64,000 bases of DNA from Octopus sinensis (Eukaryota). Shown here in pieces: positions 1-10,303 of this stretch. The stretch is taken from positions 162,750,001 through 162,814,000 of the forward strand of contig NC_042998.1 of the NCBI RefSeq assembly GCF_006345805.1, written 5' to 3'. The notes beneath the pieces were generated by a model. That model was not told where the DNA came from. It searched no databases and saw only the letters and a list, made by a program, of their open reading frames with translations. Numbering within the stretch: position 1 is the stretch's first letter; every line of letters starts with the position of its first letter. The translations under genes and the position numbers were made by a program.

Positions 1-420
1 AAAAACACAAACTGGGACAAGAATGTGAAACATTTTGAAGACGGCAAAAAAACACACAGACGGGACTTTCGAAGCTCTCAGTCATCAGTCAAGAACCAGA
101 TCATCTTCGCAATTTCGGCTGATTAATCTTGAGATTGCTCCAATCTGGGCAGCCCGCCAAGGGAAATCTAAGCCAATCGCATTAGATTCCTCGGAAGAAA
201 ACCTCGAAAGTATACAACACGGTGACGGAAAAACGGACGATGTTACTCGAAAAAAAATTCAAAAATACGTAAAAACAATAAAGATAGCACGGATAAAAAT
301 ACAAAATAACGTAAAAACAATCATAACAAAACCAGGACGTCAGGACAAGCGTCTTTCGACAGGACGAGTTGAGTATAGGGCTGGCTGTGGTAAAAATGCC
401 TGAAGGCAAACGGAGCACAA
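1..420. mobile_element. Interspersed repeat fragment, possibly a Penelope-like terminal region
   Basis: Bases ~10-140 recur at 35063-35180 (gggacaagaa...tcgaagct...cagtcaagaac...gcaatttcggctgattaatctt). The minus strand at 64-88 reads CTGATGA-N11-GAAAGTC. Confidence 0.45.
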
Positions 421-616
421 ACACATACATGTGGTCAAGCCAACTACTTGATGCGAAAGGCAGTAGTAGCTAGCTACTATATATAGGTATGTTGATGCGA
501 ACAAGAAAAAATAGAACTCAAAACATTAATATTTAACAGAAGCAACAGAGTGACACAAGGTCCGAGAGTATCGTGCGTTGGCATTTTCTATATATATAGA
601 TACATACATATATATA

Positions 617-870
617 TGGAGGCGCGGTCGTAGGATCACGGTTTCGATTCCCAGACCGGGCGTTGTGAGTGTTTATTGAGCGAAAACACCTAAAGCTCCA
701 CGAGGCTCCGGCAGGGGGGTGGGGGTGGCGATCCCTGCTGTACTCTTTCGCCACAACTTTCTCCCTCTCTTTCTTCTGTTGGCGTCATTTGAAGGCTAAA
801 ACAATGCGAAGCGCATTGTGACCAGCGATGTGTAGCAACATCTGATAGTCTGGTCGATCACGATGACGAT
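617..870 (+). mobile_element. tRNA-derived SINE (family A), A-box region deleted
   Basis: B-box-like GGTTTCGATTCCC. Aligns with 1391-1575 but lacks aatggcccagt...gactc. Confidence 0.85.
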
Positions 871-877
871 GATGGGG

Positions 878-956
<79 letters not shown>

Positions 957-1390
957 TCGCACGTGAATATTGATGTGTGTGTGTGTGTGTGTACATATAA
1001 ATATTAGGAAGCTAAAAGTTATAGCCGGTCGTAGAGTGACCATTGATTTCGTACCTATAAAACGCTTAGCAGTATGACTCGTCAGACTTAAATAGCTGAA
1101 GGCGCGTAAGACTGTTCTATTTTTCGATATCAACTACATCGTGAGCAGTTCATATGTGTGTGTGATTGCATGTGTGTGTATAGGTGTGTACATGTTAGTG
1201 TGCATGTATGTGTAAGTGTATAGATATTTTAGTGTGTGTGTGTGTATTTATGTGTGTGCGTTTGCGCCTACCACTGGTTCAGTCTGGCCGAGGGCGCCGT
1301 ATTCATCTGTATGCATTCTGAATAGAGCCATTGAATTGAATGCAACAGTTCTAAATGTTACCTTCCCGCCATAAACCCAACATCAACATA

Positions 1391-1575
1391 TGGAGGCGCA
1401 ATGGCCCAGTAGTTAGGGCAGCGGACTCGCGGTCGTGAGAACGCGGTTTTGATTCCCAGACCGGGCATTGTGAGTGCTTATTGAGCAAAAACACCTAATC
1501 TCCTCGAGGCTCCGGCGTGGGGAGGTGAACCCCGCTGTTCTCTTTCACCACAACTTTCTCTCACTCTTTCTTCCT
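1391..1575 (+). mobile_element. tRNA-derived SINE (family A), 5' part
   Basis: Head ggcgcaatggcccagtagttagggcagcggactcgcggtcg...gattcccagacc has A and B boxes. Paralogous to 617-870. Confidence 0.85.
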
Positions 1576-1770
1576 ACTTCTGCCACAAAGCAGAGGAACC
1601 ATGGTGTAACCCACTATGGTGCAGTAAACTTTCAGACCCTAGTCTAGATTGCGAATCCTCTGAACCCCAGGATGGTTCAGCTCTCCACCCGTTAAAAGCC
1701 ACCGTTTACTGAATGATGATACCAACGTAACAACGTAGCTTTCGCATTAGAGATTATTCTTTGTGGCCAA

Positions 1771-1915
1771 TGGCGTGGTCTTGGGTTCAGTTCCACTGCA
1801 TGATACCTTGGGTAAGTGTCTTGTACCGTAGCGGCGGGCTGGCCAGAAAACTTGTATGTGGATTTGAGAGACGGAAACTAGAAGAAGCACATTGTGTGTG
1901 TGTGTGTGTGTGAGT
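1771..1915 (+). mobile_element. CORE-like SINE fragment, degenerate
   Basis: gggttcagttccactgcatgataccttgggtaagtgtctt...gacggaaact matches the family seen at 52851-53238. Confidence 0.7.
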
Positions 1916-2113
1916 GTAATATTTTGGACTAATGGGTATATGTCGATTAGTGTTAACATGTTCAGTAAAGCACTATCATGATTTGGGTTACTTGGTGTCA
2001 TCCGCATGATGCACAGAATCCCACCCATAAGGGACAGTAACGGGATGGGTCGAAACAATAATCATACAAAATGAAACCAAATCCATCTTCTGGTTACTTA
2101 AACAATTACTATA

Positions 2114-2877
2114 TTACGTGTCATCCTATAAATAATGCGGCTTTTTTTATACTTCTTTTATTTTTCAAAATTAAGATAAACAAAGTTCTTTTTTAATCTA
2201 AAATATTCTCTCCTTCATTTTCTACAATGCTCTTCCATCAATCTGTTCTGATCTCGTCTATAGAATTCATATTTTTTTCGTCCACATGATTTTAAAGACT
2301 TCGGAATAAATTATAATCAGATGGGGCAGTGTCCGGCGAATCAGATGGAGCAATGTCCAGCATTTGGAATGTTATCCTCACCGTATGTGTTCACGCTATT
2401 TCGTAATGAAAGAACACCTTTCGTCTTAAAACCAAAGATGGTAGTTTTTCATCTAATGCTGACTTAAACCGCTCAAGTTGCTTGCAGTAGATCTCCTTTG
2501 TTATCGTTTGGATTGGGTTTAACAGTTCAAAGTGGAGTAAACCTTTCATATCTCAGCAAACATAACAGTACCTTACGTGGACGAAAACCTTCTTTAGCAT
2601 GGGCTCGGAATTTCTGGAACCACCGTTGACACTAGCTTACACTTATTGTGCGATCCCCGGAGCTCATAAAGCAAAATATGCCGAATATGCACCTTTGTCA
2701 CATCCATTATAGCTTTGAAAAAATAACTGTTAAAATCGAAAACTTGCACTAGGAATAAGGACAAGGTAAAATTATTACCTGCTTTTATAGCAAGTTGATG
2801 CAGGTAGTTTATCCCGCACTCCTCAGACTTTTAGTTCATGCAATTGAAAAACCTGCATCATTTATGGGATGACCTAA
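2114..2877 (-). mobile_element. Internally deleted mariner with both TIRs and TA flanks
   Basis: Imperfect TIRs tta(c)g(t)gtcatcctataaataatgcgg and ttaggtcatcccataaatgatgcagg, each flanked by TA. Minus-strand remnants: MDVTKVHIRHILLYE (ATG at 2707), CQRWFQKFR, LHFELLNPIQTITKEIYCKQLERFK, SPDTAPSDYNLFRSL. Confidence 0.9.
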
Positions 2878-2902
2878 TATATATATATACTTTATAACAA
2901 AA

Positions 2903-2942
2903 GCTGTTACTCAGAGTTTCACGTTTCCGTTCGTCGGACAGC
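2903..2942 (-). ncRNA. Minimal type I hammerhead ribozyme-like motif with U4C core variant
   Basis: Minus strand: GCUGU-CCGACGA-ACG(GAAA)CGU-GAAA-C(UCUGA)GU-A-ACAGC. Stems I and II pair fully, stem III is near-palindromic, and the putative cleavage triplet is GUA. Confidence 0.6.
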
Positions 2943-3079
2943 GGACGAACGAGAATGTGAAACTCTGAGTAACAGCTTTTGTTATATTTCTGCTGCTTTT
3001 AAGTAAAGGACACTACTCTACCTCTGGTATTTGAGTACTCTTTTTTCCACCTTGTTTCATATTTATGTGCTTACGCCGG

Positions 3080-3127
<48 letters not shown>

Positions 3128-3129
<2 letters not shown>

Positions 3130-3254
3130 GGTCGACTTTGCTTTTAATGCATTCGGGGGTCGATAAAATAAGTACCAGTGCAGTAACTGAAGTCGATGTA
3201 ATCGACTAGCCCCCTCCCCACAAAATTTCAGTCGTTGTGCTTATAGCAAAGAAA
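3128..3254 (+). mobile_element. Meta-like SINE 3' fragment
   Basis: ggtcgactttgc...gggtcgataaaataagtaccag central domain. Confidence 0.75.
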
Positions 3255-3747
3255 CAACAACAACAACAATATAACTTTTAAAAGCGTAGACGATACTTTT
3301 ATGACAAGAACCAGATTCTGGTTTATGCTTGTCATAAACCTACCACCATTCTTTCTGTCTAATAACCTTCTCCTTCCCCCAATCTATTCAGCCCCTTACA
3401 ACCATCACCCCTCTTTCTCTCTCTCATTCACTCTCTCCTTCTCTCTCTCATTCACTCTCAATTTCTCTCTCTTTCTCACATACGCACTGTAGTGCTGTCC
3501 CCGTTGGGCAATGTAGTTCACAAGGAAATGATAAAACTTTAATTTGGAAGGCGACAAAGAACCCAGCTTCCTTCTTACATACGCATGCTGCTCACAAATA
3601 CACAAAATAACCGCCCTCGCCCCAAGTGTGTGTGTGTTTGTGTGTGTGTGTGTTTTGTCGCACACTTGTATTCCACATACATCATACGCTTATTCACACA
3701 CGCCAGTGTATCTATCTCTCTCTCTTTATCTCTTCTTTTTCTCTCTC

Positions 3748-3945
3748 TAAAGTATATATATATATATATATGAGAGAGAGGTAGAGAGAAAGAGGGAGGT
3801 AAGTAAGTAGAGAGATACACACAGACAGAAGACAGACATTCGTACGTACGTGTGTCTGCTTTTGAGTATCTATCTACCTTGCTATCTCCCTATTTCTCGC
3901 ATATATACGTTTGTATGTATGTATGTATGTATGTATGTATGTATG

Positions 3946-3977
<32 letters not shown>

Positions 3978-4821
3978 TAGTTGAAGGCATATGTTTATGT
4001 GCAAGAGCCTATTCATAACGAATTTATTGGTTCATCCATTTATCGTATAAAGGAGGGAACTTATGATTACTTTTATCTTTTTTCTTTCTGAGGTATTTCT
4101 TTTCTTTTTTTTTTTGTCTCAAAACCGTCACTATAAGTACATAACTCAACATTTAAACTCCAATATTTCCTACTGGAAAATCCACATCTATGGACAAATC
4201 TGTTTCACTGTTTCTGTATAATGCGTCTTAAGCATAATGTAATGAGATAGAAGACGGTCAAATAATTCCAATGATCTGGGTCATTTGTTCAAAGTAAATT
4301 AGACCTATATATATATATATATATATTACGGAGATGTACTCGCATAGCAAGTAATTTGATCTGAGATCGTGTGCTGAAACGAAAACAATTGCAGCGTGGA
4401 AGGTGTATATATAAAGTATATATATATATATATATGAGAGAGAGGTAGAGAGAAAGAGGGAGGTAAGTAAGTAGAGAGATACACACAGACAGAAGACAGA
4501 CATTCGTACGTACGTGTGTCTGCTTTTGAGTATCTATCTACCTTGCTATCTCCCTATTTCTCGCATATATACGTTTGTATGTATGTATGTATGTATGTAT
4601 GTATGTATGTATGTACACACACACACACACACACACATAGTTGAAGGCATATGTTTATGTGCAAGAGCCTATTCATAACGAATTTATTGGTTCATCCATT
4701 TATCGTATAAAGGAGGGAACTTATGATTACTTTTATCTTTTTTCTTTCTGAGGTATTTCTTTTCTTTTTTTTTTTTTTGTCTCAAAACCGTCACTATAAG
4801 TACATAACTCAACATTTAAAC
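3748..4821 (+). repeat. Near-identical ~410-bp direct duplication (3748-4158 and 4412-4821)
   Basis: The copies run from taaagtatata to caacatttaaac and appear to differ only in microsatellite and homopolymer lengths. Confidence 0.95.
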
Positions 4822-4849
4822 GCTGCAATTGTTATATATATATTCTTAT

Positions 4850-5428
<579 letters not shown>

Positions 5429-5445
5429 TATATATATATACATGT

Positions 5446-5487
<42 letters not shown>

Positions 5488-5491
5488 ATTA

Positions 5492-5860
5492 TAGGCGCAG
5501 GCATGCCTGTGTGGTAAGAAACTTGGTACCTTGGGCAAGTGTCTTCTGCTATAGCCTCAGGCTGACCGAAGCCTTGTGAGTGGATTTAGTAGACGGAAAC
5601 TGAAAGAAGCCCATCGTATATATATATTTATACATACAAATATGTGTGTGTGTGTGTGTGTGTATACGTATGTGTCTGTGTTTGTCCCCCCCCCACTTGA
5701 CAACCGATGTTGGTATGTTTACGTCCCCATAACGTAGCGGTTCGGCCAATAGAATGAGTACTAGGCTCACAAAGAGTAAGTCCTATGGTCAATTTAATCA
5801 ACTAAAGGGGATGCTCCAGCATGGCCGCAGTCAAATGACTGAAGCAAGCGAAAGATTAAA
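5492..5860 (+). mobile_element. CORE-like SINE, with a deletion in the head
   Basis: ggcgcaggcatgcctgtgtggtaagaa...accttgggcaagtgtcttct...ccagcatggccgcagtcaaatgactgaa. Confidence 0.9.
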
Positions 5861-5930
5861 AAATATAAATTGTATATTATATTTTGTTTGTTTCAATCGT
5901 TCGACTGCGGCCATTTGGGGGCACTGCCTT

Positions 5931-7151
5931 CACTTTGGCTCACAGATTTTTTAATTAATTTTTTCTTAACTTAGCAGATTGAAACTTTGTATACTGGTGT
6001 AATTTCTCACGCAGAACACGGTTTACTTTGAACATCTTCGACAAAATTTCGTACTTTAGAAGTTATTTCGTGTTAAAGTATCGTATTTGGTTAATTTTAA
6101 CCAATCAACGACGTGTGTTTAGTTGAAGAAAGCTGCCGCTGTTTGCGATAGTAATCGAAGAGCAACAACCTCCGGGTCATCTCTACTAAATGTCACTACT
6201 CTGTTCTATATTTTTCGCTTACTACTGGTGTTGCATATTACACGCTTTTTGGAGGGGGTTTTTTTTTTGTGTTTCTTTTTGTTCTTGAGCCGGAGTAACC
6301 AGTAAACATTGAAGAATCAACACCAAAAAGGAAGGAATATTATCAACATATATTTACTCGTTGCCCGACATCGGTATTTGAGCCGTAGGGCCAAATTTAT
6401 GAGAAAATTTTAGTTTTATCCACGCATAAAGTGCACCAGTGTTTAAAAGACATATAGAGCTACGGGTCCACAGCTAGCATTTTTGTTGTTAACGTGTATG
6501 TAATTTGAAAATGTCTTATTTTACAAATATGAGATGTGTTATTATTGTTATGATTTTATCTTATTATAATCAACAAACACATTTCGTCAATATAAAAGTC
6601 TTTATTAGATTAAAACAAAACAAATATGTTTTGTTTTCTTCCAGGCACTGTAGCCATAGTCCTTCACGTTGTTTACCAACCGACCTTTCCTTTGAAAAAG
6701 TCAGTGAATTCAGTCGATCTCCATACACACATTATTTTTCTCCTGAAACTTATAAAAAAGAACACATATTATGTGCACCTTTCTATAAGCCGCACACTAA
6801 ATTTTCCAGGTAAAAAAATAGCGGCTTATACACCGGAAAATACGGTAACTGTAGTGGCAGTGACAAATTCGCTTCCTGGTTGGTAGTTGATAGTGTAGAA
6901 GTGGCTGTCTGCCAGGAGAGCGAGAAAGAGAAAGGAATGCACAGTGCTGACTAGAAAGGAATAAAGGATAACATACAAATAGAACAGAGTAGTGACGTTT
7001 ACTAGAGACAACTTTAACACGAAATAACTTCTAAAATTCGGAATTTTGTCAAAAATGTTCAAAGTAAACCGTGTTCTCCGTGAGAAATTACACCAGTATA
7101 TGAAGTTTCAAACTGTTTAATGAACTAATTAAAAAATCTGTGCGCCAACTG
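5931..7151. mobile_element. Non-autonomous DNA element with long imperfect TIRs, inserted into a SINE
   Basis: 5931-6090 is the reverse complement of ~7000-7151, with a further match at ~6180-6210 versus ~6975-7010. The interrupted SINE is at 5885-5930 and 7161-7487. Confidence 0.85.
6784..6847 (-). mobile_element. Terminal fragment of a Tc2/pogo-type DNA transposon
   Basis: Reverse complement reads TA-CCGTATTTTCCGGTGTATAAGCCGC, resembling TIRs of that group, with an internal tataagccgc/gcggcttata inverted pair. Confidence 0.55.
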
Positions 7152-7160
7152 AACAGATTC

Positions 7161-7487
7161 CCTTGAAGCATTTTATTCGAACGAATTGACTCCTAGAACT
7201 TGTTTGTTTTTTAAAGCTTGGTGCCTTATATCGGTCTCTTTTGCAGAACTGCTAAGCTACGGGGATGTAAACACACCAACATAGGTTGTTAAGCGACGGT
7301 GCTGGGTAAACATAGGTACACGCGACGGGCTGCTTTCAATTTCCGTCTACAAAATCCACTCACAAGGCTTTGCTCGGTTCGGGGCTATAGTAGAAGTCAC
7401 TAACTCAAGGTGCCATGCAGTGGGGACTGAACCCGGAACCATGCGACTGGAAAGCAAACTTCTTACCACATATCCTCGCCTGCGCCC
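7161..7487 (-). mobile_element. CORE-like SINE; its 3' tip lies at 5885-5930
   Basis: Continues the consensus where 5885-5930 stops (...gcactgcctt | ccttgaag...). Confidence 0.85.
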
Positions 7488-7872
7488 ATCCCACGTGATA
7501 AATTCAAATCTAAAACCCGTTTTCCTCTTTTTTCTTTCATGTAAAAAACCGTTTTCAGTTCTTGTTAATGTATGGTATATATTCATTTATAAGTGCATAA
7601 CGAAGTAACTTTCTGCAGAATTTGCACAAAATAATTAATTTATTACTTAATTAAATTAATAAAATTAATTGATTACTTTAAGAAGTAAAAATATATAAAC
7701 ACAGAAAGTACTGGCAGTGTTCGCTAATGGCCACGTTATATATTCGGTAAAACATCAGTGCCCATCCACTAAGTGGAAATATATAGTTGTGTATATGTGT
7801 GAGTGTGTGTATGTTTGTGTGTGTGCGTGTGTGTGTTGTGTGTGCATGTGTGTTTGTATATATATATATAAA

Positions 7873-8205
7873 GACCCCCTTCGGTCATGAATGACCATGG
7901 GATTGCACCTAGAAAGTTACCCTCCTAGACACAAGTCCGGGCAAGGTTGTTTATGGAAGACCAGCAGTCGCCCATGCATACCAGCCTCCCCTCTCCACAC
8001 CACCAGTGTTATCCAAGGGAAAGACAAAGGTCGATACAGCTTGGCACCAGTGACGTCGCAACTCATTTCTACAGCTGAGTGAACTGGAGCAACGTGAAAT
8101 AAAGTGCCTTGCTCAAGAACACAACACGCAGCCCGGTCCGGGATTCGAGCTCACAACCTCACGATCGTAAGCTCGACGCTCTAACCACTGAGCCATGCGC
8201 CTTCA

Positions 8206-8206
<1 letters not shown>
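7873..8206 (-). mobile_element. V-like tRNA SINE, full length
   Basis: Reverse complement gives ggcgcatggctcagtggttagagcg...gagctcgaatcccgg...aggtgcaatcccatggtcattcatgaccgaagggggtc. Flanked by (TA)n on both sides. Confidence 0.92.
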
Positions 8207-8248
<42 letters not shown>

Positions 8249-8269
8249 ATTTCGGGATGGTCATTTTCC

Positions 8270-8460
8270 TTTTCGCTTCAGGCATTAGACTGCGGTCATT
8301 CTGGAACACGACCTTGAAGAATATTTAGTCGAACAAATCGACGCGGCACTTATCTATCTTTTAAAGTCTGGACCATAATCCATCACTCATATTTGCCAAA
8401 CCGCTAATTTACTGGAATGTGATCAAACCAACAGCCGTTGTCAAGTAGTAGTGGGGAACA
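8270..8460 (-). mobile_element. CORE-like SINE 3' fragment, degenerate
   Basis: gactgcggtcattctggaacacgaccttgaag...agtcgaacaaatcgac...cgttgtcaagtagtagtgggg. Confidence 0.65.
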
Positions 8461-8616
8461 AACAGGCACAACAACACACGCACATACACACACACACACA
8501 CACACATACGTACGCATAAATGTTTATATATATATGTATGTGTGTTTGTGTGTGTATGTCTGTCTGTCTGTATGTATGTATGTATGTATGTATGTATGTA
8601 TGTATATATGTATGTA

Positions 8617-9420
8617 CAGGCGTTGCTGTGTGGTAAGAATATTGCTTGCTTGAGAGCTGGCAAAAACGTTAGCACGCTGGGCGAAATGCTTAGCCGTATT
8701 TCGTCTGCCGTTACGTTCTGAGTTCAAATTCCGCCGAGATCGACTTTGCTTTTCATCCTTTCGGGGTCGATAAATTAAGTACAAGTTGCGCACTGGGATC
8801 GATATAATCGACTTAATCTATTTGTCTATCCTTACTTGTCCTCTCTGTGTTTAGCCCCTTGTGGGTAGTAAAGAAAGAGGTATTTCGTAGCGGCAGACGA
8901 AATTCCGCCGAGGTCGACTTTGCCTTTCATCTTTTCGGGGTTGATAAATCAAGTACCAGTTTCGAATTGGGGTCGACTCAATCCCTTTGTCTGTCCTTGT
9001 TTGACCCCTCTATGTTGAGCCCCTTGTGGGTACTAAAGAAATAAGAATCTTGCTTGCCAACCACATGGTTCCGGGTTCAGTCCCACAGCGTGGCACCATG
9101 GGCAAGTGTCTTCTACTGTAGCTTCGGGCCAACCAAAGCCCTGTGAGTAGATTTGGTTGGCGGAAACTGAAAGAAGCCTGTCATATAAGTGTGTGTACGC
9201 GCGCATGTCTTTGTGCCTGCGTTTGTTCTCCCATTATCGCTTGACAACTGTTGTTGGTGTGTTTATGTCCCCGCAACTTATCGGTTCGACAAAAGAAACC
9301 GATAGTATAAGTACTAGGCTTTAAAAAGAAGTCCTGGAGTTGGCTACAAAACTCCTTCAAATTGGTGCTATAGCATGGCCGCAGTCAACTGACTGAAACA
9401 AGTAAATGAGTAAAAGAATA
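8617..9420 (+). mobile_element. CORE-like SINE interrupted by the dimer
   Basis: Head caggcgttgctgtgtggtaagaa (8617-8649) resumes at 9058 and runs to the gactgaaacaagtaaatgagtaaaag tail. Confidence 0.85.
8650..9041 (+). mobile_element. Meta-like SINE dimer inserted in a CORE-like SINE head
   Basis: Two units joined at 8880/8881. A 16-bp TSD taagaat(a/c)ttgcttgc lies at 8634-8649 and 9042-9057. Confidence 0.9.
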
Positions 9421-9489
9421 TATATATATTTGGGAAGCATGCATGAAGGTCATACAGTCACACCTGCGACTTTTACAAAAAATATACCT

Positions 9490-9690
9490 TTTATCTTTTA
9501 CTTGTTGCAGTCATTTGCCTTCGGTCATGCTGGGGCACCGCCTCGAAGGATTTTAGTCGAAATTGACTCATTTTTTAAAGCTTGGTACTTATTCTCGCAG
9601 TCTTTTTTTGCCGAACCGCTAGGTTACGAGGACATGAGCACATTAACACCGGTTGTCAAACGTTGGTGGGAGTACAGACAGACACAAAGA
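9490..9690 (-). mobile_element. CORE-like SINE 3' half
   Basis: cttttacttgttgcagtcattt...catgctggggcaccgcc...gccgaaccgctag...ccggttgtcaaac. Confidence 0.75.
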
Positions 9691-9727
9691 CATACACACA
9701 TAGACATATACACATATATATGTTTAT

Positions 9728-10162
9728 GGCGCAGGTGTGGCTGTGAAGGCACAGGCGTGGCTGTGTAGGTCAGACGTGGCTATGCGGTAAGAAGCTTGCT
9801 TCACTATCACATGGTTCCTGGTTCAGTCCCACTGCGTGGCACCTGAGCAAATGTTTTCTACTATAGCCTCAGGCCGACTAAAGCCTTCTGAATGGATCTG
9901 GTAAACGGAAACTCTAAGAAGCCTGTCATATATGTGTGTGTGTTTGTGTGTGTGCGTGCGTGTGTGTTTGTGTGTGTGCGTGCGTGTGTATTTGTATCGG
10001 TTTGTTTACATTCCGTAACTTAAAGGTTCGGCAAAAGAAACCACTCTTATACGTACTAGACTTGCAAAGAAGAAACTCTGGAGTCGATTTCTTCAACCAA
10101 AACCCCTTAAGGCGGTGCTCTAGCATGACAGCGTTAAGATTACTGAAACAAGTAAAAGAATA
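9728..10162 (+). mobile_element. CORE-like SINE with triplicated 5' start
   Basis: Family head, B-box ggttcagtccc and the tail actgaaacaagtaaaagaata. Confidence 0.85.
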
Positions 10163-10167
10163 TATAT

Positions 10168-10303
10168 GACGGACTTCTTTCAGTTTCCATCAGTCAAATC
10201 CACTCACAAAGCTTTGGTCGGACCAAGGTACCACGCAGTGGAGCTTGAGTATGAACCGTGTGGTTGGGAATCAAGCTTCTAACAACACAGCCATGCTTGC
10301 GTC
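10168..10303 (-). mobile_element. CORE-like SINE 5' half, with deletions
   Basis: gacggacttctttcagtttcc...aaatccactcacaaagctttggtcgg...ccacgcagtgg...acacagccatgc. Confidence 0.75.

Noticed and set aside
7873-8206. tRNA genes at SINE heads (also 1391, 20716, 40122)
   Set aside because: A and B boxes are present, but each continues into a multi-copy SINE body and has no complete cloverleaf.
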